Counted from the first letter of the stretch, positions 1-15,184 are shown. The stretch: 64,000 nt of DNA from Chrysomallon squamiferum (GCA_012295275.1 CM022670.1:9300001-9364000), one strand, 5' to 3'. Made by a program: numbers and translations. The notes: generated by a model not told the origin, from the letters alone.

Positions 1-486
1 TTCAAGTTAATACAAGATATAAAAAAAATAACACAGATCAAATTAATTACATTAGAGTGACAATTAAAAATACTGCATGTGTATTTCAAATATCTTTCTG
101 TTTAAAGCATTTTTTTTTCTGTTAACGCTGACTACAAAACGCCGAAAGCAAACTGATTACGTTAAAGAATTATCAGGTTGGTCTATTAGTGCACGTATTT
201 TATTATAAAGCATACATAATAAGATGTAATACACATACATATTCAAATACGTAATAAACTAACACGAAGCAACAAAAAAATTAAAAAAATAAAACATAAT
301 TTTAAAATCATCATTCGATTAAACTAAACTAAAAATTTTTTTTTTTTTTTTTTTTTTTTAATCCTCTTTTAAGTAATAACATAACATTTCATTCTGCTCA
401 TATGGATTGATATTTTAAAATCATTTTAAAAATAAACATATTTACAAACATTTATTTCTGTTTCAGTTTTCCGTACACATCACTAT

Positions 487-517
<31 letters not shown>

Positions 518-2034
518 TTCTGACAGGTCGTTAACTGCTATGTCATAAAAAGTTATTTTTTATTTTATTATATGTGCCAATGAATAAATGAAATGATTTC
601 TAAATTATAAAATAATATTTATTCTTTATTTAAGTAACATTTTTTCTGACATTTATATATTAAAATAACACCTGTTACAAAAAATCAGATAAATATGTTA
701 ACATATTTTCCGAGATCTTGATTACTAACAGTAAGCGGATCTAGAGGAGAGTACACCAAGCATAGACACGCCCCCATTTTCAACGATAAATCCATGAACA
801 CCTGTTTCCTATATGTTATTAGACAAAATATTTTAGATTTTGTGACATGTCAACAAATTTCTGTTTTAAAAATAAAATTTATTTTATATTTTATTTATAT
901 TTATATTTATATATCTATCTATATATGAAGGAAATAAAGAGAACCGAAATAAAGAATTAATCAGACAAAAAGCGCAAAACAAAAACAAAAAATTCATCAG
1001 CAGTTTCTGACAATAATAAATACATTTAATAAAGTTAAAAAGCTCAAATTTAAACTTTATAACGAAACAATTTATACAAAGTTTAATGTGATGCAGAAAT
1101 GACAAGACTCCCATGAAAAACGTGCTTCTCCCACCATTTCAAAAAGAGCGTTATGTTTAACAACATTAAAAAAAAAAAAAAAGTAACACCTAAGCCAGAA
1201 TCCTCATTCATAGTCATGACTTTCAATCAGTAATGTTTAAAAAAAAATTCTTTGTTTATATTTATTTCTTTCTTATATATATATAACAAATGACTAAAAA
1301 AAAAAAAAACCCTTCTAATTACAGACCTTAAGAAAGTATTGCAATCTTCATAAACCATATATTAAATTCGGAATAATCCTAATGGACTTTAAAATAACAC
1401 TCTATATATATGCAGAAGCTTATTTTCCAGTATTTTACACTGAGAAATTTTATTTATTTATTTTTTGTTTTCTGAGAAATTTCCGTAACCAGTTTACATG
1501 TAAAGTAGCCCTATCAAAATAACTTTCTGTCAAAGAAATAAATATTCAGCAGTTTCATATATTTATTACAAAATGAATTCTAATATTTCTCATAATTCTC
1601 ACTTGGTTTTTCCTATATCCCAAAAGCACTACACAATGCCGAAATACAGCACTTTTCTTTCTTCCAGGTCCCTGTACCTTTTTGTTTCCTCTTTCGTTCA
1701 GAAATTTACCTTTGGCTTCTGTTATCATTCATTTTCACAGCAACAATAATGACACTAATTACATAAGCACATTTTTCATTATTCCATTACATGTGTATAA
1801 AAAAAAAAAGGGACACCGTTTTATCTCTTTTGAATTAGTGGGAGTTAATCGTTTATGTACAGATGGCCACGGTATATTTACATCCTTGATGACTCTAATT
1901 TGCATTATTTAAATGAGGCGCCATTCATCGTGATCGGCCATCTTCGGCTTAAAATAATACAGCTCGGCTAGATACAAGATGAATATGTTGGTAGTAATGA
2001 ATTCTTTGGAATATGTACAGGACAATCTCATCCT

Positions 2035-2209
2035 CTAAGCAATTTCATCATCCTCGTCCTTTCTCAGTTTTTCCATTTCGGTGCATTCTGTTACAGAAAT
2101 GGGTTTTTTCACAATGGGTGTGTCGGTTGCCAAGTCGACGTAAACGCCCGCGGTATTGGCAGACGATCTCTGAACCTTTGCCGCTCTTTCGAATTCAATA
2201 TCTCTTTGG
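2035..2209 (-). CDS. Orphan type I membrane protein, last coding exon (cytoplasmic tail QRDIEFERAAKVQRSSANTAGVYVDLATDTPIVKKPISVTECTEMEKLRKDEDDEIA*)
   Basis: Acceptor ctaaattacAG|. Phase 2 joins the TM exon in frame. 57 sense codons, then TAG at 2037-2035. Confidence 0.85.
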
Positions 2210-2581
2210 CTGTAATTTAGAAAAAAAGAAGAGTAATCGTAGCTGAAATGGCTGAAACTGAACTCAAAGAAGTAATAAGAATCAGTGCGTTATAATAAAT
2301 CCACTGTTTAGTGTTGTTAAAAAAAAAAACAATTAAAATAGGTGACCAAAATGCATGGCATTAAAAACCTTTAATATTATTCTCCAACCGTTTTGTGTCA
2401 TTAATTTATAATGAATTTAAATATTACATTATCTACATTTGTTTTGATTACTTTAAGATATAACTTGTTAAAGTTTAATCATGAGAAACAGACAACCGCG
2501 GTTCCATCCTGAAAATGCCGATGCAAATGTATGACACGTACGCACAAAATCGCGCACACACACTGACTGGTTTATACTAAC

Positions 2582-2666
2582 CGCTTTCGCCTGATCCAGA
2601 TTGTCAGAATGACGACCACCAGTCCAATGAGTAAAACGACTCCACAAACGATGCCGACGACAACGG
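2582..2666 (-). CDS. Orphan type I membrane protein, transmembrane exon (A)VVVGIVCGVVLLIGLVVVILTIWIRRK(R)
   Basis: Acceptor tgttttttcAG| and donor AGCG|GTTAGT. 85 nt, phase 1-2. Encodes a ~24-residue hydrophobic helix followed by the basic stop-transfer RRKR. Confidence 0.9.
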
Positions 2667-3528
2667 CTGAAAAAACAATTGTTAGTTATGTCAGAAAACC
2701 TGTTTAATGTACTGATGTTTAGAATTACGTTGGTCTTTATTATTATCAGTTCTGAAACGATACTCTCATAACTTAAAGAGGTTCTAGAGGACACTAAAAT
2801 GCAGTGAATACCTTCAAGTTTTGGAAACCAGCAAACAGGGCAGTTCAAATAAATTATTAACCTCTTTTCTTACTTTTTCTGTTTCTAGGCTCAAACATCT
2901 TCTAGTTCTGCCTACTTAAATAATCATCAGGATTCTTAATGCTTCATTAGGTTGTATTTCCTTTACTTTTGCACCAATTTCAAAGAAAAGTCCATGCGTA
3001 AATAATTAAATATTCGGCTTGAAGAAACTGCTAATTAGTTCTGGCAGTTTGGACAGTGTAGGTTCCATCTTTATGAACACGGGTGTTATTGAGTATGAAT
3101 AGTACCAACGGAAGGATATATTTGCTTGAGAAAGACGTCATACATTTATATGAAAGCTAAATTGGATGTCATACTTGTGAAATACAACATAACAGTATTT
3201 AATTAAAATTTAAAAAAACACGAGTTTTCAGTAACCGCTATTTCCTTTACGTAAAATATTTCTTTAGACGTATTACTTTATTTAAATTAATATTCTTTTT
3301 TCAAAACAAGTCCCAAAATAAAATACAAGGCGAAAAAATGTAAAACCAAACAAAGTCTAATAACAAGGATTATATCTGAAGTTGGCATGCTTTTTAATTC
3401 CTTTAAGGAAAAAATATCTCAGAACATTTCAGTTTATGAGTGAAATTTTTTGCCGTCGGTTTATGTATCATATTAATATAATTACATACTTATCACATAA
3501 TACAATATATAACAAAATAACTACTTAC

Positions 3529-3633
3529 CAACGCTTGTTTCTTGGCCTGCCATAGCTTTTTCCATTGTGGACATATTATTGTCTGATGAAGGCATTGTAC
3601 TGTTTAGTTTCTCAGAAGCTGCTTCAGTAGTTG
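3529..3633 (-). CDS. Orphan type I membrane protein, stalk exon (A)TTEAASEKLNSTMPSSDNNMSTMEKAMAGQETSV
   Basis: Acceptor ttttctttctttttccccAG| and donor TTG|GTAAGT. 105 nt, phase 1-1, open frame, S/T-rich, N-glycosylation sequons NST and NMS. Confidence 0.85.
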
Positions 3634-6600
3634 CTGGGGAAAAAGAAAGAAAAATAATTGGTAATTTTAAATGAGTTCCGATAATTCAGAATGTCTATTT
3701 TAGTCATCAAAAAGCGTCACTGGATTCTGATTTTTTTTCCACTGAAATATTTAACACAGGGGTATAATATACATTTTGTTCCGAACATATCATCTTAGCT
3801 TTTTAAAAAATGTTTTGTTTCTACCATTATGTCTACGTTTATGCGTATGTCTGTGTTTGAGTGTGTATATGGGCGCGCGCGCCTGACTGCTTGACTGTAA
3901 AGCATTTTCCTTCAGTTGACCGGTTGGCTTCTTTTCATTCCTGTATGCACTTAAAAGACGTAAAAAAACCCCCAAAAGCTCAGAACTGTCATAAACAGCT
4001 TGTTTTCTTAAAGAATGAAATGATTATAAATATCACTAAAACTAGACACACACACACACAGCAATTTCATTTTACATGTTATCACAGCGTTGTCAAAGAA
4101 AATCTGTTGCAATTTCAAATTAAATTTTTCATCCAACGGCTCTTGTATCACTGCTGAATATTAAGTTACGATTCTTTCAACGATCATCATTCCGTAAACT
4201 CAGAAATCTTCTTCACTGACATGCCTTACCAGCTGCTGTTTATTCAAATTTATACAATTACAGTTATTCGGAACATGCGTCATATTTGTAAATGACAGAT
4301 AAACATTACATTTCGTATCCAGTGACCTGCCGTTCACCTCACAAATGAAACTACGAGCTACAGAATACAAGAGAATGCTATGTCAGCCAAACAAACAAAA
4401 TCAAATACGAACATTAATTACCTTTGTCTGTTAATATTAATTATAAAGAATGTCATAAAATTTAAGCCCAAGGAACATATTGGATGTATAACTAGGAAAG
4501 AATCTTTAACGAATAATATACATAAATGTTAATTATTAAGGGCTTCTGATGTAATGGCCATCATAGCAATTTACCTTTTTTTTTTTTCAATACCTAATGA
4601 AATACATAACAATTAATTTTGACCATGGGATGATCTAGAATTTCACAAATGCGGGGAGCAGTCGCTGTTGTGTTTAAAACATTCAGTATGAAACAAACTT
4701 AAAAACATATTGGTTGGCAAATAATCGGGCCCTTTTTTTCCTCTTGTATTCTTTTTTTTTTTTTTCTTTTTTTTTTTTTTTATTTTTTTTTTCTTTTTAT
4801 CAGTTTGATATTTTTTATTCTTATGTTCACAACTAATTATTAAAGATGGCTCTTTTTTCATTTGTTTTGCTTTTAGGAATGAAAATTTCCTTACGGACGT
4901 CTTTCTTACATTAAAACATATTAGTGTTAAGGACAAAACATTTCACAAGCTGTGTTAAATTGCACACAGATGTACATATGGTTAATTGACTTGTGCTTAT
5001 CCCTGGTTCGTGCTGTATTTGCGGGAAGCCAAATTGGCAAATCCAAAATGAAAAGTGAAAATAGAAGCTTGGGGCGCATCCAAACGGGTTTATTGATCTC
5101 TCAGCCATGTACACTTCGGGCGTACGAATAATAATGCAGCCAAATCATCGCTCCTATATTCTCATAAGCCACAAGGCTACAGAAAGCAAAACTGAATTAC
5201 AGGCATTGTATATTATCTCATAAACTGACTACACGGCAAATTCGGAAATGGAATATTATGACGTCGTTTTCCGTTATATTATGTCATTAAGTTCCAGCTG
5301 ATTTGCAATTACCAGTCAATCAAAAAGTTCGGAGACGCAATAGAGAAAAAAATATATGAGAAAGTGAACAAATAGATATCTAAGTGATACTAAACAGCTT
5401 ATTACAGCCTTGATACCAAACGCTCTGAGAAAATCCACCGTCGCTGAAGTTTGATTTAGTCTGTATTTGCAGCTTGGAGTAAGTTAAAGCTTGGAGATGC
5501 GCAGCGGACCACGGTGAAGGCAATTTGTGCTGGTGACATATGACAACACACAGCTGTCCACTGGAATGCAAAGAATGTGTGTTTTGTTTTACAGTACCAC
5601 AGAAAAAAAAAGTGAAATCATCGGCTATAAAGTTTTACTGCGTGGTATAAAGTTACTGTCGTGCTGTATAGGATAAAGAAAATAAATCCTTTAAACGAAA
5701 CATAAACGGTGGCTGTACAGGTTTGTGCATATAGAGTTTGAATATATGTACATTCGTGCTTTTATACAACATACGTATTCACAAGGACCTAATCATACAT
5801 ATTGTTTATACAGCAAAACGTACGAACTTATAATTATATGCACAGACATCAAGCAGTCTACCTGCACACACATCTGTCTATATATACTGTACATATAATA
5901 TTTGCCATAAACCCCTCAACACAAATACATGAGAGATAAACTATAAGAGAAAGCAAGCCAGAAAAAGAAAAAAACGTTCTGAATTGCCTGAAGACAGATA
6001 GCTGGTAGGTCTCCACACTTGAAGTATAATAGACCGTAAAGTGACAGCTCTTTTCAAATCGCCGTCCTCTCCAGCCAATAAGTTTAATACAGCGTAAACT
6101 AATAAGCCTACACGCTGTAAGAAAACGTGTCAGACACACAAAAAACAGTACCTGTCAGTGTCCTTGTTTCACCGAAAAAAACATCCAGGTCATAACTAAA
6201 TGAATAACTGCATAACTGGAACAGATCTAGTACTACACGAAATACGAGTTGAATGTCAGAGAGCTTTCAAAATGAAATCCATTTCGTATAAACAAAATGA
6301 AGAAACCGGTCGGCAAGAAATATGTGGAACAGAAGATGACTAGGAATAGGAGGAGGATTAAGAAAGAGGTCCTGAGTGAGACACCCACACACACACACAC
6401 ACACACGCACGTCACTGCTGGAAGTATACTAGAGAATAAAACAGGCTTTTATTTTAAATTCACTAAGGCATTTTTATGGAAATAATCACACTTAGATGGC
6501 GCAAGCACCTCCTAGTGAATACTAGAACCGCCATTGAACTGTATCAGAGTGTTTTACCACTAATTTGATCAGTGAGACTATAACACGGAGTACTTTTACT

Positions 6601-8502
6601 AATATAATAAGACTTGTTTTACACCTGCTAAGAGAGAGAGAAAAAAAAAAACCAGTATCACTACGTGAAGTTTCGCACATTAGTTATTCTGAAATTCAAT
6701 TATAAAACATCTAATCAGCCCTAAATGAATAGCAGTACGTGTAAAAATGTGTGTGTGTGCGTGCGTGTGTGTTAAAGAAATATATACCAGATTATGAGTT
6801 TTAATGTTTGTCGTTTTTTTTTCAACAACAAACTAAAACCAATAAATCAATAAATCAATCAAATTAAATATAAAACTAAAAAAAAAATAAATAAATAAAT
6901 AAATAATAATAGTTAAATAAATAAAGTAAATAAATGTACGGGTTAACGGGAAAATGAATACGTTTACAAATAAAAACCAAACTAAAATAAAATTATTAGT
7001 TATTTTTTTTTTACTGTTTAGAAAAGTAAAAGGAAAACGAAACAAAGACAATGAAATAAAACGCGCGTGTGAAAACAAGAAAATTAATTTATATTTTTAA
7101 ACACTAGAATAAGAAAAAGAACGAAAAATACACTCACATATGTATCATCACTATACTGAAAATCTGTTTCAGAGTCCGAAATAAACTATTGATATTACTG
7201 GACTTTAGTATGTCACTTGTATCAATATAATCACATTATTCACCATTGAGAGCGGACCTTGAACTATACAATCAGCAGAAACGTTACGAAAATCAACCTT
7301 TACACAACAACACAACACAACACTCTAAGATATAACAGATTACTATACAAGACAAATACCTTGATTATTTCAGCAACCTCCTAGAAACGTAAGAATATTT
7401 CACTGTTCAGAAAACGCGTTTGCGATTGCTGCCTGTAGCTACCCTCTCTGTTGTAAACAACGATAATCCCCAAGTAATCACGTGGCCGCGAACGAACGAT
7501 TTCATTGGTCGTCGGCTTAAAATACGAAAGACGCAGTAAGAAAATACTGAAAATAATGGGGACATCAAGTTCGATGCACATGTCAACGATAGGCATGTGA
7601 TATCAAAGATTTCATGACTTTTTTTTTTTCTTTCTTTCTTTTTTTGTCTCTGGCCCACTGAACGTAAACGTGGTGTAATTTATCTTGGGGAAAAAAACAA
7701 ATGACAAAAACAAATGAAAAGGAAAGAATAAGAAAAATCGGCTATTGTGTCAAGTTACAAGTAAACACATGTAAATTAAGACAGGGTCCAATATCTCGGG
7801 TAAATGTTAGTCTAGTTCATATATATAAAAAATAGAAAGTTAGATAATTATTATGCGGATGTTATTAGTCTTCTTTTTATTATTATTATTATATATTGTC
7901 ACTGTAGCTAATAAAACACGTTTTAATACCCATACAACAGCGACTGAAATAAAAACAGTTTAATCACTGTCAAAACAGCGTCTGCTAATAGTGTAAAAAA
8001 AATAAATATATATATATATATATATATATATTTTAAAGTGTCAGCTATTCAATCGTTTGTTTAATTTTATTTTTCAACATCACCTTCCTTTAACACAATC
8101 CATAACAAAGGGATCCAAAAAAAAAAAAAGAAATTTAGAAAAACAAACAACATTTTTCTCCTTAATGTCCTTACACAACCGCGGCTTTTTAAGCGTTTAC
8201 GATTAGCTAAGACAGACGTAGGAATTAAGTGCTTTTTGTTACGCAACGCACAGAAATGCCTATCAGATATCGCTTTTACCGACTGCGGCTTTGTTGTTGT
8301 GGAAAGTGTAGTAATGTTACGTTACAACGTAGCCACGGGAGTGGAAGTAAGTGATGAAGTTATTTCTGTAATCTGTCCCCAGAACTTTCTTTGTCAGACA
8401 GAGAAGCGTGTCTGTGATTAATACGTTCACTCAAAGCGATAATAAATGAACTGGTAAACAAAACAGATATGCGCACCCAGAATAAGGAGTGTCTGTGTGT
8501 GT

Positions 8503-8620
<118 letters not shown>

Positions 8621-10387
8621 GGATATTTTATGACAGAAAGTTGTATCACAGATGACAGCAACCAGTTATACAATAATAACAAAAATATATTTTTTTTTTT
8701 TTAAATCCATATTTTCTATCTATTAAAACAACTCATTTAAGCGAAACATTTCAGCCTCTAATAAGGTTCTTTTCGTATGCAGATTACTCGATTCATTTCG
8801 CCTACTCATTTCGTCAGCCAGAAAAACCGCTGGGGTTAAATTACGGTAAACAGCGCTGTTATTACGGCACACTTTCAACGTCAGTGGCCATATTTCGTAA
8901 GCGCGCTAACATTCGCAAGTTATCGCAACACTGACTTCGCCACAAGGTAAGAGGACTCGGCTCGGTTCAGCAAGTGTGACTCGGTCAATATTTCTAATCT
9001 CGCTCCTCTTGTTTTCTTAATGCCAATAGATGACCATGAGTCATTCACTGGCGACTTTGTTATATGTGCGTCGATCAGTTCGGACCCGAAATAATCAATG
9101 TTAATAATATATTTAAGTGGCGGTTATCTTTTGTGTTGATATCAAATGGCTCTTAATCATCCTATGATCATCCTGTGATTAAGACTGTGAAGTGGACAGA
9201 TATACGTGGACAGTAAACAAACTGTTTGTCCATTTAGCAGTCCACAAACGTGTTTATACCGATATAACAGAGTAACAGTATCAAAATGATAGCAAAACAT
9301 CTGAATATATACATAAAGAAGAAATAAATTTACACATATTTAGATGAAGCTGGTATGCAAATGATGTAGTAATAATAATTACAATAATAACACAATAAAT
9401 AGTATTAGTAGTTGTTGCTGCTGTAAATAAAATAATTATCTTTAAAATAACTGGTTTTGTTTATACCTGTATATGTATGTATGTTTAGTTATTAGTTATT
9501 TATTATTTTTAGGTTTTAATTCATTAATTTATTTTTGTTTGGCTTATGTTGTTATTGTTGCTGACCAAAGTCTTAGTATTAGTAAACTGCAGCCTGCAGT
9601 TTTTATTTGATAACAAAACGTTTGGGCTGACATACTGTACTTACAGAAAAACATTTACAAACAATATAGTATACACATTCTGAAAACCAGCTGTTACTTT
9701 GTAAACTATACAAGTCACATACTGGTATGTAAACATTATATATGTATCTATCTATCTCTCTCTCTATATATATATCACATTCCAAAAGAGCTAAGTTTCT
9801 ACCAACGTTTCATTCCACGTTAAATAAACAGATTAATCCCAGCCTCGCGGGTATGATACCATCACACAGTGTCAAAACGAAACAGAGAAAAATTAAAAGA
9901 GAATTTTCAGTCTGCCGTATTAGATTGTGTTAGACATCTGAAACTTGATAATTACAAAACCTGTATTAAATAGAATAATTAACTGATTAATATCCATTTT
10001 AAGTCTGATTCAAAATGCTGTCACGAACTTAGTCCAAATGATACTGAGATTACTTTAACTAAGAAAACATCATTATCATCAGTATGTGATTTAATAGTAA
10101 TAATTTGTCTCTTTACGTTGGTAAGATGTAGTTTTGTTTCCATAAGAAATGAATTCAGAGTCGCCGTACAAATATATTTTTATTTTAAATAACAGCTGAA
10201 TACTACTTTAAGAGCGTAGGTTTGTATGTAAATATCATGTTATTAATGTCCTAACACAGACATATAAAACGTGATGTACATAGTAAAATATGGTAATTCA
10301 AGCAACCTTGATAATTTTAAGTCCGATTGAATAACATGCACGAACTCCATTCTGTATACTTTCACAAATAATAATAATAATAATAAT

Positions 10388-10419
<32 letters not shown>

Positions 10420-10597
10420 AACGAAACGATGTTAGTGATAATGTAATAATTATATATGTATATATATATGTGTGTGTGTGTGTGTGTTTAAAGATATGTA
10501 TCTGCGTGTTTTATCACTAACATCGTTTCATTTATTATTATTATTTTCATTTATTTATTATTATTATTAGTAGTAGTAGTAGTAGTAGTAGTAACAT

Positions 10598-10633
<36 letters not shown>

Positions 10634-10903
10634 CAGCAGTAGTGTAAATTTAGAGAGATAATCAGATATTTTGACTCTCTACGTTTAATTATCATTACCC
10701 CCACGACAGAATACTCAACATCATTATTATAATTATTCACTTGATTTTTAACAAAATTCTCTCATTGACATTAAGTACCTATCCAAGGGAGACAACAACA
10801 AAAAGTTATAATAAAAAGTTCTCATAAACATTGTCCAATGGGATCGTCTGAGAAGCAAACATTCTGCTAAATTATTACTGACATCCGGTTTTAATTAAAA
10901 CAC

Positions 10904-11102
10904 TTCATACAGTCCCTTTGTCGTGACGTCATATCGTGTACAGAAAGTTAATAATAAATAACGAGTTGATAAATAATAAAAATAAAAACCTTTATTAAAC
11001 ATCCTTAACTTTATGACGACTCGCTGCTACTACAATGATTATCTGAAAATTTCTTTTTTTTTCAAAAATATTTATTTATTTATTTATTTGTTTTTTTTTT
11101 AA

Positions 11103-11161
<59 letters not shown>

Positions 11162-11214
11162 CTGCAACAATATTTCTATTGTACGAAATGACGTCACGAC
11201 AATGGGGAAAATGA
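10904..11214. mobile_element. MITE-like element with imperfect ~30-bp terminal inverted repeats
   Basis: Left tccctttgtcgtgacgtcatatcgt (from 10913) versus reverse complement of the right end tccccattgtcgtgacgtcatttcgt (ends ~11208). The interior is AT-rich and non-coding. Confidence 0.55.
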
Positions 11215-11831
11215 AACAACCAATATCATTCTCGTATGTTTTATGTGATTGTAACAGTCTATTATTATCAAAGACTGATCGCTAACAACAACAAAATAAT
11301 AACTCAAAAGCACATAAACATTAGTTAAATTATATTTACGAAGTACAATAGGTTAACTTTTAATTTTTTCTGGTAGTGTCTATTATTATTATACTTTTTT
11401 ATTATAAAAGATTGGTCGCTAGCAACAAACAAATGGATCATTCAAAAGTATACAAAATGTGTCATATTACTTTTACCACGGACCAAGGGTGAACGTTAAC
11501 GTGTATTAGCATAAAAAGTGTACCTGTTAGTAAAATAGTCAAGGAAATATTTAATTTCTGGCTTATTGTGTCTAAATATAACACGTTACTGACTTCTTAA
11601 CCTTAGATGATTAACTTTGTGACACATTTCTGAATGTCATAATTATTATGATTTATTAACGTTGTCATGTACAGACATTTTATATTATATAGTCTACATG
11701 AATGTTATTAATATACAGTGTAGTGCAAAAGCCTAAATAATGGTTTCTTTTTTCTTCATTATTATCATTATTATTTTCTCTTATTTGTTTCAGTTCTTTT
11801 TCATATAATTATGAATGACAAATGATCATCA

Positions 11832-11878
<47 letters not shown>

Positions 11879-12764
11879 ATTTAATTACTGACTACACATT
11901 ATAAAAATGTAATTTTATGAGTCTTTCTATCTTTTTCCGTATTTAGTTTGGGGAATTTAAATTTGTTTAACTGTAAGAAAACTAAATCAATAATTAATTT
12001 TGACAGTGTAAAGATTTAAGCTGATAATATTATAATTGTGTTTTAAATATGTTGTCAGTCGAGTTCATTAATTATATTTTGTGCATAATGAAAGCTACTT
12101 TTCGTAAGTCGAATATTTATTTCTGTTTTAATTTTCTTATGAATATTTATTTCTGTTTTATATTTTCTTATTGTTTGAAAATATAATTTACTTTTTAAAG
12201 TGATCTAACTATATATATGTATATAAACACATACATACAATTTTCTGTAATCTATATAGATTCGAGACTGCTAATTTTCTGCAAGATTTTAAAGAAAAGT
12301 AACTTTTAACTAACATACAATTCTTTAACTTTTGTTTTACCTCTCTCTCTCTCTCTCTCTCTCTTAGAAAGAAAAAAAAAAGATGAAAATAAAGACAAGA
12401 AAAAAGAAGAAGAAAAAAGAAGTTTTAGATTTCGAACACTGAAAACCTCTTCACCAACTTCAGGCCCAAAGTAAACAAAGAAAAATATAAACAACACTAA
12501 CTGTAACAATGATGACAATCAATTCCCGAGAAAAAATATTATCTATTTATCTCGACAGTAGGTTCTGTAACATTTAAATAATGAAAGTTCTTAAGTGAAA
12601 GCTAGTTTTAAAAACATCAACAGCGAGTAATTTAATTCGAATAGGGAATTTCTTACCTTTCGTCTGCCTTTGTTAAACTCTACCTCGAAATGGAGGCTCT
12701 AACTGGGTCAGATATGCATCTTGTGACAAGCCTGTGTCAACGTCATATTTTCCGCTCTCCTTAC

Positions 12765-12830
12765 AGTGATCACCCATTGTGTGATACTTGGGACGGGGGG
12801 TGACTGTGGTAACTTTATCTGAACAAGCTG
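12765..12830 (-). CDS. Candidate additional or alternative phase-1 exon of the membrane-protein gene: (A)ACSDKVTTVTPRPKYHTMGDH
   Basis: Strong pyrimidine tract ttctacctctttctctttcctttgtgcaccatAG|. Open T/P-rich frame in the phase required by exon 1. Phase-1 donor CACT|GTAAGG, with alternative donors at 12684 and 12657. Confidence 0.35.
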
Positions 12831-13963
12831 CTATGGTGCACAAAGGAAAGAGAAAGAGGTAGAAACTGAACTCACCTCGCGTTTTCTCGTTCGAAAGATC
12901 TTTTCAAACAAACAAGATTTTCTACTTTCAGTAGTAAATAATTCGGCGAATTTTGGTTGATATTGTGTGATGAAAATACAAACATAAATGTGTTTTTTTT
13001 CCCGTTAAAAAAAATAAAATTAAAAAAATGTAATAATAATATTAAAAGAAAAAGAAAGAAAGAGAGAAAGAAAGAAAAACAGAACATTAAATAAAAATTA
13101 TATTATTATTTTTTATTTGTTTTATTACTTATTTCTTTATTTATTTATTATAATGATCAAAATTGAAAAGGTAAGAAAGAAAAAATAATAATAAAAGAAG
13201 GGAGAAAGAACAAAAAAAAAAAAGAATAAATTAAATATAAATCATATTAATCTTAAGTGAACAACTGCTGTACTAGCTGTAACACCTGTACTAATCAAGA
13301 CTGCTACTATTACCACTACCACTACTACTACTACTACTATCACCACTAATATTATAACTACCACAGTGACAACCATAAATACAACTACAAGAACAACAAC
13401 TACTACTTCTACTACCATCACTAAAATTTCTACTTGGTAATTATCACACTACTAATAATATAATCAACTAATTAAAACATAGATTTATAAATAACAGTGT
13501 AAACTTACAATCTGGATTATTCCCGACCAAAAATTGTTTGAAATAACTTATAGGAGGTATCTTGGTGATAGGCCCGACTTACAATGAATGATCTGATAGT
13601 GAAACAGTTTAACTGATTTTAGCCTGTGAACATACAGTCATTTGGGTCATTGTAGTCACAGGGAAACATTTGCGCGGAAATACCAAACACGTCAGACCGT
13701 CATTTCTAATTTTGGCTTAATAATAGACATAATAATAGTAATTCGCTGATGAAATGGGAAATACGCTACGAAGATCATGTTTCAAAATTACCTCAGTACA
13801 TAATAATAATAATAATAATAATGTGTAGTAATAAACAAATTAAAAATAATAATTTCAGAATATGTGCGAAAAGAAAAACCGAGCTTGTCTGTCCCAGATA
13901 TTCTGAAAACTAATGATTTTTTTTTTTTTTTTTTTTTTTAAATCTTTTTTCTTTTTCCCGTTT

Positions 13964-14001
<38 letters not shown>

Positions 14002-14449
14002 TATTATTAATCTTCATATGGTTACCTGAATTATTCGTGCATGATTAAATGATGTAAACTGTGAAAAGGAGCTTAGTTATCGTGTAAGTGATATCATTAA
14101 CATCAATATACACAACGATAACAATTGTAAAATCGATGGCAGATGTGGTAACGGTGATGTCATCAACACAGACAATGGTAAAATACTGTGGGCTGTAGCG
14201 ATATAAAAATAAAGTAAGCTATGTTATAAAAGATGAGTAAACGGTCAAAGGGAAGTAATGACATAACGACGATCGGCTTCAACAAGGAAAGGCTGCTGAA
14301 TGGATATTTACAGAAAAAAAAAAACGCACAAAAAAAAAAAAAAAAAAAAAAAATCAAACGTAACAGAAATTAAAAAGAGAATTTAAAAAGGAGTAAAAAT
14401 AATACGGTAAATATATGTGAAAAGAATTAAGTAATTCCTCAGATATACT

Positions 14450-14523
<74 letters not shown>

Positions 14524-15153
14524 AATACACTCTCACATTATATATCAGAAAACTAATAACAGTAGTATAAACAAAACTGATATGAGACAGACAGACAGAC
14601 AATACGCAGATTAATTAATGGGTGTTTAGGATTGTTTTCACTGGTAAATATTATGAACCGTTATGAGGTTAGTGGACTACTCGTAATTTTGGCAGCAAGG
14701 AATCATTTAGAATCACTCACAGATAGAAAGATGAACAGCATGATCTTTGACTAACTGACAGAGACACGTAATCCAGTGGAGAGAGACACAGAGTCGAACA
14801 GAGACATACGAAGAGAGAAACAAAGAGAGAAGGGGAGAGAGAGGGAGATGGAAGAAGAAATAAACTCACTTATCTAATTTAATCAGATATTATAATAATC
14901 TGCCGAAATAAAAATACAAAGTATCTGACCTGTTCGAGGACAAAGTACATCAATATAAAGACAATGTGAATTTTTACCTGAGTCTCAGATAAAATCAAAT
15001 ATGTCATTCCTGAACCGTGAGTCATATTACAAGCTGTCATTTAAGCGCATTATGTAGTAAAAATCGCTGTTTGTTCAGTTTGTAAAATGCTGAGCAATGT
15101 CAGTACATAACCGAAACCATAAATCAGAAATTTTATTTTAACCTATATCATCC

Positions 15154-15184
<31 letters not shown>

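Noticed and set aside
2120-2150. VYVDL as a canonical ITIM, and TRAF-binding motifs in the tail
   Set aside because: The residue at Y-2 is Gly, not S/I/V/L. No PxQxT, (P/S/A/T)x(Q/E)E or PxExx(aromatic/acidic) match was found, so it is kept only as a YxxL motif.
2468-2848. 126-aa minus-strand ORF in the track
   Set aside because: Wrong frame. The real coding segment is the 85-nt TM exon (2582-2666) in another frame.
4230-4357. Minus-strand RSFICE-containing frame as a lectin-like exon of the membrane gene
   Set aside because: The donor is phase 0, incompatible with the phase-1 stalk exon, and no other C-type lectin motifs are present.
6233-6415. Hydrophobic ORF as a signal-peptide exon
   Set aside because: It starts in a (TG)n repeat with no ATG or suitable donor. 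A better signal-peptide exon exists at 15372-15447.
8820-8950. CpG-rich segment ending in AAG|GTAAGA as a plus-strand exon
   Set aside because: No ORF or partner acceptor could be supported. It may be an enhancer, but the evidence is insufficient.
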